Shown: positions 25,780-35,449, numbered from the stretch's first letter. The stretch: 36,845 nt of DNA from an uncultured Dehalococcoidia bacterium (GCA_950072105.1 CATMOE010000037.1:1-36845); one strand, 5' to 3'. Notes: a model not told the origin generated them from the sequence alone. Program-made: numbers and translations.

Positions 25780-28443
25780 CTAAACCACTCCCGCTTCCGC
25801 CAGGTAAGCCAACTCCGTCCGTTGCAGCCCTAGCTCCTGGCAATAGATCTCCACGTTGTGCTCTCCGATAAGAGGGGCCCGGCTGGATATCCGCCAGGGG
25901 GAGCCGTTGTAGATGCCGGCCGCGCCGGGGTATCTGAAGCTTCGGCCCAGTTCGGGATGGTCCACGTCCACCCAAAATCCTCGATCGTTCAGGTGTCCTT
26001 CATCCAGCAGCTCATCGGGAGTCCGCACCGCTCCCCAGTTGAACCCCCGTTCCTGGCCGCCATGGGCCACCTCATCCCTGGTTAAGTTGCTGACGAAATT
26101 AATCAACAATTCGTTGATGTGGGCGGAGCTATCTGAGAACACTTTGGGGTCCTTGTAGCGTTCGTCCAGGAGGTCTCCCGCCAAGCCATGGCTGTCCATC
26201 CATTCGGTCAGAACCGAAAACTGGCGGAACGAAACCCGGGCAGCGCCGGCGTTCACGTACTTACCGTCTTTGCAGCGGAATTGGGTGGGAACAGTCCGGG
26301 TGGCCCCCGCGTGGCGGCCGGTTAGGCGTTGTACTACCTCGCCTCGATAAATGTAGGTGTTTACGTGCATCTCGGTGGTGAGGGCGCAGGCGTCGTGCAC
26401 CGAAGCGTCGATGTACTGGCCTCGCCTGGAGCCGGTGCGGGATACCAGGGCGGCGATTATCGCCATGTAGGCATAGTGGCTACCGGTATGCCAGGCGTTG
26501 CCGCCGCCGGGAGCGATGGGAATATCGCCCGCAACCTCGCCGGTATCATAACCGCAGCAGCCCATTTGCCCGCCCGCCGCCATGTGAAGCAAATCACTGC
26601 TCAAAAAGTCCCGCCATGGCCCGGTTTGGCCGAAGGGGGTTAGCGAGCACATGATCAGCCGAGGGTTCGATTCGGCGAGCTTCTCGTATCCAAGGTCCAG
26701 TGAAGACATGTAACCTGGAGCAGACGTCTCTACGATGACGTCGGCCGTGGCGGCCAGTCGCCGGAACAGGTCCCGTCCATCCTCGGTCTCCAGGTTGAGG
26801 GTGATTCCCAGTTTCGACGTGTTGTAGTGCCAGAACGAAAGGCTGCGCTCCCGGTGGGGAATATCGTCCAAGAACGGCCCGACGATCCGGGTGGATTCGC
26901 CTCCCGTGGGCTCAATCTTGATGACATTGGCCCCAAGATCGGCCATCAACTTGCCGCAGAACTGCCCCTTTTCATCGGCCAACTCCAGAACCCGCAAGCC
27001 GGATAAGGGGCCGGGTTGAGGATCAGCGTCGATGGTCTCTTTCGGCTTTTCGCCATTTTGGAATGCGGCGCCCGGGCCCGTAAATGGGATAGGCCCGGCG
27101 TTAATCATGTCGTCCATGTACGGATAGCGGTCCATGGTCTTCGGCCAGAAGGTGCCGTCTTCGTACCCGGATACGAACGCCTCGTGGTTGAGACCCAACA
27201 TGCCCTCGTAGATCTCCTGGTTGTGCTGGCCGATGAGGGGAGCGGCATGGAAGATCTGAGCCGGAGTCTCGGACAGCTTGAAGGGAGCATTTTGGAACTT
27301 GCGCAGCCCCAGTTCCGGGTGGTCCAACTCCTTATATATCTCCCGGTGGCGGAGTTGCGGGTCGTGCTCCACCCTATTCTCGGTACTTTGCACCGGCATC
27401 GCGGGAACGCCCGCCGCCTGGCACTTCTCCATCAAGTCGTATTTCTCAAGGGTTTGGGCCCACTCTTGGATACCCTGATCCAGTTCTTCTTGGTGTTCGA
27501 GCCGTCCCCCAAGGGTGGCGAACTTGGGCGAAGCCGCCCACTGGGGAGAACCCATCACCCCCACCAAGCGCCGCCATTCCTCCTCGGAGAAGCAGGTGAT
27601 GGCGCACCAGTCGTTGTAGCCGCCGCCACTTGTCCGGTAGGCGTTGTGTGGGGCCGTCGTGGGTCCACGGTAATTGTTGAGCATGGGAGTTCCGGGCCAA
27701 TGGGCGCGGTTGCCCGGTGGAAATCCTTCCCGTTGCGATGGCCGCCCATTGACCGAAGCGTCCAGCATCGCTGATCCGTTCAGGGTAGCGCCCATGATCA
27801 TCTGGGAAAGGTCTACGTGCTGGCCCTGGCCGGTCATGTTGCGCCGGTATAGAGAAGTCATGGTGGAAAATGCGATGTACATGCCGCCGGTGTCGTCCAA
27901 GTAGGACCAGCCCCAGCCCGCCGGGGGCTCGCCGGGCAGTCCCGATAGGAAGGTTAAACCGCAGAATGCCTGGGCGATGGGTCCCATGGTGAGGTAGTTG
28001 CTGTGCCGCCCGGTATGGCCGAACCCGGATTGGGAGACGTAGACGATGTCCGGCTTGAGCTTGCACATCTCGTCGTAACCCAGGCCCCAACTCTTCAGTG
28101 CCCGGGCGCTGAAGTTCTCGACAACTACGTCGGATACCGAGATGAGCCTTTTAATTAAGTCCAGGCCCCGTTCGGAGCGCAGATTGACGGTGATTGCCTT
28201 CTTGTTGGCGTTGGTATCGTTGAAGTTGGACGAGGTGTTGAGGGTTTGAGTAACGCCGGGCGGTGTCGGGCCGCTGGTCCGGCCCCGCTCGTTCAGCGGC
28301 CACTCCACCTTTATGACCTCGGCTCCCAGAGCGCCCAGCCAGCGCGTGGCCCAAGGGCCTGCCCTTACCCAAGTAAAATCCACGACCCGTATGCCCGCTA
28401 AGGCCTTCGGTGTGGCCGCGATCTGCTCTTGGGTTAGGGCCAT
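25780..28443 (-). CDS. Fused double-domain CoA-transferase family III (887 aa)
   Basis: Two CaiB/BaiF domains (LAGIRVVD..., PLSGLRVLE...). The first has YLDDTGG; the second lacks the Asp. RBS AAGGAGG supports ATG 28443. Confidence 0.93.
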   Translation of the reverse strand: MALTQEQIAATPKALAGIRVVDFTWVRAGPWATRWLGALGAEVIKVEWPLNERGRTSGPTPPGVTQTLNTSSNFNDTNANKKAITVNLRSERGLDLIKRLISVSDVVVENFSARALKSWGLGYDEMCKLKPDIVYVSQSGFGHTGRHSNYLTMGPIAQAFCGLTFLSGLPGEPPAGWGWSYLDDTGGMYIAFSTMTSLYRRNMTGQGQHVDLSQMIMGATLNGSAMLDASVNGRPSQREGFPPGNRAHWPGTPMLNNYRGPTTAPHNAYRTSGGGYNDWCAITCFSEEEWRRLVGVMGSPQWAASPKFATLGGRLEHQEELDQGIQEWAQTLEKYDLMEKCQAAGVPAMPVQSTENRVEHDPQLRHREIYKELDHPELGLRKFQNAPFKLSETPAQIFHAAPLIGQHNQEIYEGMLGLNHEAFVSGYEDGTFWPKTMDRYPYMDDMINAGPIPFTGPGAAFQNGEKPKETIDADPQPGPLSGLRVLELADEKGQFCGKLMADLGANVIKIEPTGGESTRIVGPFLDDIPHRERSLSFWHYNTSKLGITLNLETEDGRDLFRRLAATADVIVETSAPGYMSSLDLGYEKLAESNPRLIMCSLTPFGQTGPWRDFLSSDLLHMAAGGQMGCCGYDTGEVAGDIPIAPGGGNAWHTGSHYAYMAIIAALVSRTGSRRGQYIDASVHDACALTTEMHVNTYIYRGEVVQRLTGRHAGATRTVPTQFRCKDGKYVNAGAARVSFRQFSVLTEWMDSHGLAGDLLDERYKDPKVFSDSSAHINELLINFVSNLTRDEVAHGGQERGFNWGAVRTPDELLDEGHLNDRGFWVDVDHPELGRSFRYPGAAGIYNGSPWRISSRAPLIGEHNVEIYCQELGLQRTELAYLAEAGVV

Positions 28444-28512
28444 TGTTCCCTCCTTTGGGTTCAGCTTCCGTGTACTAGTAACATTTATAGATGACTTGGA
28501 TGCATGAACCAG

Positions 28513-28619
28513 CACCCCTTCTCTAACTCTCCCCCGTAAAGGGGCGAGGCCAAATCCCTTCCCCCTTGACGGGGGAAGGTTAGAGCCTGCCCTGAGCGCA
28601 GACGAAGGGATGGGGGTGA
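28513..28619. repeat. Inverted doublet of REP-like palindromes with a 25-bp nested insert
   Basis: Unit 1 28513-28549; inverted unit 2 28555-28619, interrupted by AGCCTGCCCTGAGCGCAGACGAAGG (28584-28608) relative to the copy at 12493-12530. Confidence 0.85.
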
Positions 28620-28686
28620 TTCGCATCCATCACAATTAACAGGGTGCTGTACTAGGCTATGTTCATGACAGCCCGGCGTGAGCTTG

Positions 28687-28715
28687 AATATACCCATGGC
28701 GTGCCGGGACGTCAA
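28687..28715 (-). promoter_or_regulatory. Sigma70 promoter for the fused CoA-transferase
   Basis: TTGACG-17 nt-TATATT. Confidence 0.65.
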
Positions 28716-28742
28716 TCTTCCCTTCCCCTTTTCACGCCGCCG

Positions 28743-28770
28743 TTGACGGAGTGGCTTCAAAACATATAAT
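28743..28770 (+). promoter_or_regulatory. Sigma70 promoter for the LLM operon
   Basis: TTGACG-16 nt-TATAAT. Confidence 0.7.
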
Positions 28771-28776
28771 GGGCGT

Positions 28777-28800
28777 GAAGATCGACGGGAAGATCGACGG
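28777..28800. repeat. 12-bp tandem duplication (GAAGATCGACGG)x2
   Basis: Read directly; in the 5' UTR, abutting the RBS GGAGG. Confidence 0.9.
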
Positions 28801-28809
28801 AGGGATCCC

Positions 28810-29934
28810 ATGAAATTCGGCCTTTTCTATCAGATCCAAGTGCCCAAACCCTGGACCGAGGAGAGCGAAGCCAGGCGCATCTGGGAGGCCTTGGACCAGA
28901 TCGCGTATGCCGAGGAAGTCGGCTACGACAGCGTGTGGTTCTCGGAGCATCATTTCCGGCCCGAATGGTCCCACAACAGCGCCCCGGACTTGACCTTGGC
29001 CGCGGTCAGTCAGCGGACCAGCCGCATCCGCATGGGCGTGGGCGTGGTCCTGGCTCCGATTCATCATCCCCTGCACACCGCGTCTCGGATGGCTACCCTG
29101 GATATATTGAGCCATGGCCGGGTCGACGTTGGTATCGGCCGCACCGGCTACCCCTACCAGTTGACCCCCTACGGCTCGGGATTAAAAGACACTCGGGGTA
29201 TGTGGGAGGAATACGCTCAGGTATTGCCCAAGATCTGGACCGAAGAGGTCGTTTCCTACGAAGGGCAGTACTTCCAGATTCCCCCTAGAGAAGTCTTGCC
29301 CAAACCGTTGCAAAAACCCCACCCACCCCTATGGTCGGCCTGCGCCAGTGAGGAAACAACCAGATTGACCGGCGAAATGGGACTGGGCGCTCTGGTGGGC
29401 AGCGAGGGCGGACCGGAGAAGGTTGCCGAGGTTCTAGAACTGTATAACAAGACGGTCAAGGCTTCCACGCACGAGGGCATCCACGTCAACCACCAGAACG
29501 CCCTGATGACCGCCGGCTACTGCCACGAAAGCAGTAAGGTGGTGGAAGAGCGCGGTACCGAGTTGGTGGCCTGGTACCTGAATCAGCAGAGAGAACGGGC
29601 CCGGCTGGTATGGCGGGGGGTTGATCCGGCATCGGTACCGCCGGATTACCAAGGTTATTATGAGCGGGATCAACACTTGGCCGCCGGGCCGCACCCCGGA
29701 GATCCCACACCCGCCGACGTGGTCCGGCAGGGCACGAAATTTTGCGTTGGTACTCCCGACGACTGCATTAAGTTTTATGAATCCTATGAGGCCATGGGAG
29801 TAGAGCAGGTGTTTCTTCTCTCCGCCATCGGCCCTGCCGCCAACGAAGAAGTGATGAACACCATACGGCTGTTCGGAAAGTACGTGATTCCCCACTTCAA
29901 GGAAAAAGAGAAGGCCCAGGCCGCCGTCGTATAA
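28810..29934 (+). CDS. LLM class flavin-dependent oxidoreductase
   Basis: MKFGLFY, GYDSVWFSEHHF, RTSRIR.G, ATLD.LS.GR, PKP.QKPHPP, VGTPD, VIPHF. Confidence 0.93.
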   Translation: MKFGLFYQIQVPKPWTEESEARRIWEALDQIAYAEEVGYDSVWFSEHHFRPEWSHNSAPDLTLAAVSQRTSRIRMGVGVVLAPIHHPLHTASRMATLDILSHGRVDVGIGRTGYPYQLTPYGSGLKDTRGMWEEYAQVLPKIWTEEVVSYEGQYFQIPPREVLPKPLQKPHPPLWSACASEETTRLTGEMGLGALVGSEGGPEKVAEVLELYNKTVKASTHEGIHVNHQNALMTAGYCHESSKVVEERGTELVAWYLNQQRERARLVWRGVDPASVPPDYQGYYERDQHLAAGPHPGDPTPADVVRQGTKFCVGTPDDCIKFYESYEAMGVEQVFLLSAIGPAANEEVMNTIRLFGKYVIPHFKEKEKAQAAVV

Positions 29935-29955
29935 AGCCAATTAGGAGTTGTACCC

Positions 29956-30726
29956 ATGTCCCAAGTATCCACCCAGCTAGAGGGATCCACGGCGATCCTG
30001 AGTCTGGAAGGACGCACCGATCTGAATCTGCTGGGGTTGAAGCTTTTTCAAAGTCTGATCGACGGGCTGGATGAGGTTGCCGTCGACGCTAACGTCACGA
30101 CGGTGGTGCTGCGGGGCGGTGGGGAGCGGGCGTTTTCCGCGGGGGTCGACCTCCATGATATGCGAGACCTGACGCCGCAATCGGCCGAGGAATTCATCCG
30201 TACCCTGCATCGGGCGATCCGCAAGGTGCTTACCTTGCCGATGCCCGTCATCGCCGCCATCACCGGCCCGTGCCTGGGAGGCGCTCTTGAGTTGGTCTTG
30301 GCTTGCGACATACGCATCGCCTCGGAGGACGCCATATTCGGCTTGCCCGAGGTGCTGGTGGGTCTGCCCTCGGTTATCGAGGCGTCGTTGCTGCCCAAAA
30401 CCATCGGTCTGGGGCGTGCACGGCGGCTCATCATGACGGGAGACTCCGTAACGTCTCAAGAAGCTCTGGAGATGGGACTGGTGGATCAAGTCGTCGCCAA
30501 AGACGCTGTGCATGACGCCGCTATGGAGACCACCGAAAAATTCCGTAATATCAGCCCGAAAGTTATGGCGGCCCAGAAGGACATCATCGTCAAATGGCTG
30601 GAGATGGGGGACGAGCAATCCGCTGAATATAGCATCAAGGCCTTTGCCCTGGGGTTCACCACCGGCCATCCCCAAGAAGCCATGACCGCGTTTCTGGAGA
30701 AACGGGAGCCGAGATTCAAGTCGTGA
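29956..30726 (+). CDS. Enoyl-CoA hydratase/isomerase family protein
   Basis: AFSAGVDL, PVIAAI.G.CLGGALEL.LACDIRIA, FGLPEV.VG.PSVIE, AFLEKR.P.F. Confidence 0.93.
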   Translation: MSQVSTQLEGSTAILSLEGRTDLNLLGLKLFQSLIDGLDEVAVDANVTTVVLRGGGERAFSAGVDLHDMRDLTPQSAEEFIRTLHRAIRKVLTLPMPVIAAITGPCLGGALELVLACDIRIASEDAIFGLPEVLVGLPSVIEASLLPKTIGLGRARRLIMTGDSVTSQEALEMGLVDQVVAKDAVHDAAMETTEKFRNISPKVMAAQKDIIVKWLEMGDEQSAEYSIKAFALGFTTGHPQEAMTAFLEKREPRFKS

Positions 30727-30759
30727 CCTAAACATCTAGACGGCGATAGGACCACCAAC

Positions 30760-32004
30760 ATGGACCCAAACCAAGCCAAAGTGATTGACCAAGTCGACGA
30801 GAAAGCCATTGTCGATCTGGCTAGTGAGCTAATCAAGATACCCAGTTTCAAGCTGGAAGAGACCCCAGTGGCCACCTTCCTGGCCGATTTCTTCGGGAGC
30901 CGGGGGTACAAGGTGGACCTTCAGGAGGTGGAGCCGGGGCGGTTCCAAACCATCGCCACCCTGGAGGGGACCGGCGGGGGAACCAGCCTGATGCTGAACG
31001 GCCACACCGACATCAACTCCCTGACCCGCCGCTGGCGCCGCGATCCCTGGGTTCCCGTCGTGGAAGGAGACCGTCTGTACGGCCACGGCGTCCAGAACAT
31101 GAAGGGCGGCCTAGCCAGCATCATCAAGGCGGCGGAAGCGGTGCGGCGATCGGGTGTACGGTTGAAGGGCGACCTGGTGGTTGCCTGCGTGGTGGGAGAG
31201 ACCCAGGGGGGCGAAGGCACCCATTTCTTGATGGAAAGCGGATTTCGTACCGACATGGCGGTGGTGGCCGAACCCTTCGGCGTGGGCAACTTGGTCACCG
31301 TCCATTCCGGCATCGTGCACATGGCGATCCACACCTACGGCGTGACCGGACATATCCGCCAGCCCTATGGCACCGTGAATGCCGTGGAAAAGATGACGAA
31401 GGTGATCGACGCCCTGGGGCGCGTTGAGTTTACCTACCAGCCTCGGGCAGACATGCCGGACCTCCCCAAGCTGAACGTGGGAAGCGTTATCGGCGGACTG
31501 GGCCAGGACTACATCCTGGTGGAGCCGCCCTACATACCCGACCTGTGCACCATCATCGTGGACGTGCATTTCGTGCCGGGCCAAAGGGTGGAGGGCATCG
31601 TCGCCGACATCCGGCGGGTCCTGGACCCATTGGGCGCTGAGGACCCGGAGCTATCATATGAGATCGAGATTCCACCTCCGGAATCCTTTAAGGGCCGGCG
31701 CCGTCTGGTCATGGACCCGTTGGACGTGCCCAAGGACGCGGAGATCGTGCAAGCCGTGACCCGCAGCCACCGCGAAGTCACCGGAGAGCCGCCCAAAGCG
31801 ATCGGGGCGGTATTGCCCTTCTCTTACACCGCCAACGACACCTGCCACCTGTGGAACGCCGGCATACCCTGTCTGCTTTACGGCCCAGCCGTGGTCCGGG
31901 GTGGCGATGGCGAGGATGACAGCTGCGTCATTATCAGCGAGATGGTCCAGTGCACCAAGGTACTCGCCCTCACCGCTCTGGACGTGTGTGGTACGGAGGA
32001 GTAG
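30760..32004 (+). CDS. M20 family (ArgE/DapE-like) metallopeptidase-fold protein
   Basis: LI.IPS, LMLNGHTD, RLYG.G..NMKGG, V.EP, NAVEK, NVG..IGG, GIP...YGP. Confidence 0.88.
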   Translation: MDPNQAKVIDQVDEKAIVDLASELIKIPSFKLEETPVATFLADFFGSRGYKVDLQEVEPGRFQTIATLEGTGGGTSLMLNGHTDINSLTRRWRRDPWVPVVEGDRLYGHGVQNMKGGLASIIKAAEAVRRSGVRLKGDLVVACVVGETQGGEGTHFLMESGFRTDMAVVAEPFGVGNLVTVHSGIVHMAIHTYGVTGHIRQPYGTVNAVEKMTKVIDALGRVEFTYQPRADMPDLPKLNVGSVIGGLGQDYILVEPPYIPDLCTIIVDVHFVPGQRVEGIVADIRRVLDPLGAEDPELSYEIEIPPPESFKGRRRLVMDPLDVPKDAEIVQAVTRSHREVTGEPPKAIGAVLPFSYTANDTCHLWNAGIPCLLYGPAVVRGGDGEDDSCVIISEMVQCTKVLALTALDVCGTEE

Positions 32005-32056
32005 CATCGGCGGCCCGCATCGCTAGCTTTTGGTCTAGACCATCAGGAGGTTAGCC

Positions 32057-32764
32057 ATGGGAGTTATCCCAGGCATTGAGTTCAATACCTTTTCCATAAT
32101 AGGCCGGTGCGCCCGAACCGGGATGTTGGGGATTGCCATTACCACTAGTGACATCACGGTGGGGTCCCGGTGCCCCTACGTGAAGCCGATGGTGGGAGCG
32201 ATCTCCACCCAAGCGTCAACCGACCCCGGCCTGGGTCCGTTCGCTTTGAGGCTGATGGAGTTGGGTTATCCTGCCAAAGGCGCGCTCCAGCAGTTGGAGA
32301 CCAGCGACCCCCACATCGAACGTCGCCAACTGGGATTGGTAGACCGCCATGGCAATTCCGCCGCCCGGACCGGGGCCATGAACAATCCTTGGGCTGGACA
32401 TACCACCGGGCGGGACCACGTCGCCATGGGCAACGGACTGGTGGGAGAAGGAGTGGTCCAGGCGATGGCGGCGGTGTTCCTGGAAGCGCCACAATTGGAT
32501 CTGGAGGAGCGTTTGCTCCGGGCGCTGGAAGCCGGGCAAGAGGCCGGCGGGGAGGCTCAAGACTCTACCCCCTACCACTCGGCGGCTTTGCTGGTTTACG
32601 CCTCGGACGCCTTCTGCAGGGTCGATCTGCGGGTTGACGAGCACGCCACGCCGGTGGCGGAATTGCGGCGGCTGCTGGATATATTCGCGCCCAAGATCGA
32701 CTATTTTGCCCTTAGAGCGAGCGACCCAGAGGCAGCCCAAGCAGCCAAGGACGCGGGGATCTAA
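32057..32764 (+). CDS. DUF1028 (Ntn-hydrolase-like) protein
   Basis: TFSI.GRC..TG.LG, VG.RCP, GA.STQA, RQ.G.VD, GN.L, SAAL, DLRVDEH..PV.EL.RL. Confidence 0.9.
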   Translation: MGVIPGIEFNTFSIIGRCARTGMLGIAITTSDITVGSRCPYVKPMVGAISTQASTDPGLGPFALRLMELGYPAKGALQQLETSDPHIERRQLGLVDRHGNSAARTGAMNNPWAGHTTGRDHVAMGNGLVGEGVVQAMAAVFLEAPQLDLEERLLRALEAGQEAGGEAQDSTPYHSAALLVYASDAFCRVDLRVDEHATPVAELRRLLDIFAPKIDYFALRASDPEAAQAAKDAGI

Positions 32765-32822
32765 GCTGGGGAGACGAGCTTAACGCTGGGCTGAAGATGG
32801 ACGGGATGCCCGGCTGATCCCG

Positions 32823-34163
32823 CTAGTCGCCGGCGGGGATGGGACGGGGCGGTTCCGTAGAGATATTGGGCGAAAGGGCGTCTTCCCAATTGGGAATCAA
32901 CAGTTTGGCGGTGGGCGGCATGGTTAGGATCAACGCGGCCCCGGCCACGCTGGCCAGCACCGACAAGATGACGGTAACGTCGTAAGACCCGGAAATCACG
33001 TAGAGCACCCCGCCGATCCAACCGCCAACCGCCATTCCCGTACCCGCTCCGGCCTGCTGCCATCCGAAAGAGCGGCCCATGGGCCCCCGGCCGAAGTATT
33101 GCCGGTTAATGATGGGAAACGCCGACCCTTCGCCGCCATATCCGATACCGAAGATCACGGCGAACAAGTAGAACTGCCACAGTTCTTGGGTCCAAAACAG
33201 CATCAGCACCGGCAGTCCTTGGAGCACGAACATGGTCGCCATGGCTCGTTTCGCACCCAAGTAGTCGGCGACCACCGGGGTCAGGAACCGGGTCAACACG
33301 CTGACGCCCATCAGGGCGCTTAATATCCCAGCGGCCGACACCACGTTGACGCCTGCCTCCACTGCGATGGGAATTATGTAGATGATGACGATGGCGTGGC
33401 CCACGCATCCCAGGAAGTGTACTCCCACCAACTGCCGAAACGCATTGGTCCCTTGCATACTCATCAGGTACGCTTTGGCTCGCAGCTTTTCCGCGGCCAC
33501 GTCTAAACTTTTCCCCACGGGATCGGTGAGGGAAGCGCCGTAAGGCCGGAGACCCACGTCCGACGGCGCATTGCGGAAAAATACCATAAGACCGACCATC
33601 ACGGCGCTGGCGACCACTCCGATTAGCCAGAACGCCGTCTGCCATGTCAGCGCCGCGATCAGGGCGCTGAGGAGAATGGCCATCACCGCCGGACCCAGCC
33701 CGTGGGCCGCTTGCATCAACCCGACGCCTAATCCCAGACGGGTGCGGAACCAAGAGTTCGCCGCGGTGAGGATGGGGACGCTGAAGCAGGCTTGGGCCAC
33801 TCCCAGGAAGATTCCGTAGGATATCCAGAGGTGCCACACTTGGTCGGCCACGCCGGTGATGATCGCGCCGAAAAAGAAGAAAAATATCCCGGCTAGGATG
33901 ACCTTTCGGGCGCCATACCGGTCGGTCGCTATGCCGCTGAGAGGGGCCAGAGCCGCGCCAACAATGCTGCCCAGGGCGTAACCCAGGGAGATGGACGCGG
34001 GACTCCAGCCCATGTCCTGCTGCAGAGGGACTACCAGCACGCCGAAGGCTTGACGTACCGAGCCCCCGGCCATGTGCATGATGCCTGCGATGACGATGAT
34101 GATCCAGGCGTAGTGGATGCCTGGGAATAATTTGGTGATGCGGTGGACTTGGGGGCTTAACAT
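32823..34163 (-). CDS. MFS transporter
   Basis: HYAW start, motif A (G.ATDRYGARKV), about 12 hydrophobic segments, ADYLGAK. Start estimated. Confidence 0.9.
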   Translation of the reverse strand: MLSPQVHRITKLFPGIHYAWIIIVIAGIMHMAGGSVRQAFGVLVVPLQQDMGWSPASISLGYALGSIVGAALAPLSGIATDRYGARKVILAGIFFFFFGAIITGVADQVWHLWISYGIFLGVAQACFSVPILTAANSWFRTRLGLGVGLMQAAHGLGPAVMAILLSALIAALTWQTAFWLIGVVASAVMVGLMVFFRNAPSDVGLRPYGASLTDPVGKSLDVAAEKLRAKAYLMSMQGTNAFRQLVGVHFLGCVGHAIVIIYIIPIAVEAGVNVVSAAGILSALMGVSVLTRFLTPVVADYLGAKRAMATMFVLQGLPVLMLFWTQELWQFYLFAVIFGIGYGGEGSAFPIINRQYFGRGPMGRSFGWQQAGAGTGMAVGGWIGGVLYVISGSYDVTVILSVLASVAGAALILTMPPTAKLLIPNWEDALSPNISTEPPRPIPAGD

Positions 34164-34248
34164 CAGATAATGTAATGTCTCACAAGGGCTAATATTGGAC
34201 TTAATGGGGGTTGGTGTCAACACATACGAGCGGGTAGCTCTCTCGAAG

Positions 34249-34277
34249 TTGACTCCATTTAACCTGCCCGGTACCAT
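34249..34277 (+). promoter_or_regulatory. Putative sigma70 promoter
   Basis: TTGACT-17 nt-TACCAT, the same hexamers as at 7755-7783. Confidence 0.55.
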
Positions 34278-34315
34278 CCAAATGATCGTTATATCAATGT
34301 CCAGGAAGTGCTGTA

Positions 34316-35449
34316 ATGTCCACGATACCCATGAAGAGCGAAGTCGAAACCCTGAGGAGCGGGAGCGTTTCCGGCGGTCCGCTGGAACGCGGGAACGCCG
34401 TGATATTCCGGGGCGATGGCGAACCGCAATCGGCCGATCTGCTCTTGGGGCGGTTGGCGGAGATACAGTCGGAATCCGGACTGTCCCCGGATAATTACTC
34501 TCTGGGCGGCAGTGTGGCGGACCTGGAAAACCACTTCGCCGCGGCCCTGGGCAAAGAGTCCGCCATCTACATGCCCACCGGAACTCTGGCCAATCATCTG
34601 GCCATCAGGGCGCTGTGTGGCGGCAAGCCCAGAGCGATCGTTCAAGAGCAAAGCCATCTCTACCACGATTGTGGTGACTGCGTGACTCAGCTCAGCGGTA
34701 TCAACCTCGTTCCATTGGCTAAAGGTGAATGCTGCTTCACCCTGGAAGAACTGAAGGATGCGGTTACCGAGTCAACTTCAGGAAGGGTTTTGAGTTCCAT
34801 CGGTGCGGTGATGATCGAAAGCCCGGTTCGCCGGCAGATGGGTCAGGTTGTTTCGTTCCAAGAAATGAAAGCGATGACCGAATATTGCAGAGACCAAGTA
34901 ATAGGCACGCATCTAGATGGGGCCAGGCTCTACATGATGTCGGCGGCGTCTGGGATAAGTCCTCGGGAATACTCCGCCTTGTTCGACACGGTCTACGTGT
35001 CGCTGTACAAATATTTCGGCGCTCCTTACGGCGCGATCTTGGCGGGAGATTCCCAGCTGATCGAAGGTATGTTTCATACTAGAAGGATGTTCGGCGGTGG
35101 GCTGGCGTCGTCCTATTTTGCCGCCGGCTTGGCGCTGAAGGGGACCAAGGGATTTGAAGAGCGGTTCGGCGAGGCGATGCGACAAGGTCGAGATTTGGTC
35201 CAGCGGCTTAACACATTAGCTGGGCTAGAGATCAAGGAATTCGAGCATGGCTCCAATATTTTCCCTCTGACATTTGCTTCAGGTGTTGACACGGAAATCG
35301 TGCTCGAGAACCTGCGCCGCAACCAAGTATTCCTCTATCCCGACGAAGGGACTGACCGGATATCAAGGCTCACGGTGAACACCACCATCTTGAGACAAGC
35401 AAACGACGAGATCTTCGAAGCCTTTGAAGCAGCCTTGAGGGCCGCCTGA
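34316..35449 (+). CDS. Low-specificity L-threonine aldolase / beta-eliminating lyase family (PLP)
   Basis: GKESA..MPTGTLAN, HLDGARL, DTVYVSLYK (PLP Lys), R.MFGG. Confidence 0.9.
   Translation: MSTIPMKSEVETLRSGSVSGGPLERGNAVIFRGDGEPQSADLLLGRLAEIQSESGLSPDNYSLGGSVADLENHFAAALGKESAIYMPTGTLANHLAIRALCGGKPRAIVQEQSHLYHDCGDCVTQLSGINLVPLAKGECCFTLEELKDAVTESTSGRVLSSIGAVMIESPVRRQMGQVVSFQEMKAMTEYCRDQVIGTHLDGARLYMMSAASGISPREYSALFDTVYVSLYKYFGAPYGAILAGDSQLIEGMFHTRRMFGGGLASSYFAAGLALKGTKGFEERFGEAMRQGRDLVQRLNTLAGLEIKEFEHGSNIFPLTFASGVDTEIVLENLRRNQVFLYPDEGTDRISRLTVNTTILRQANDEIFEAFEAALRAA

Noticed and set aside
28444..28626. 61-aa N-terminal extension of the 948-aa ORF
   Set aside because: Largely translated REP-like repeat; a strong RBS precedes ATG 28443.
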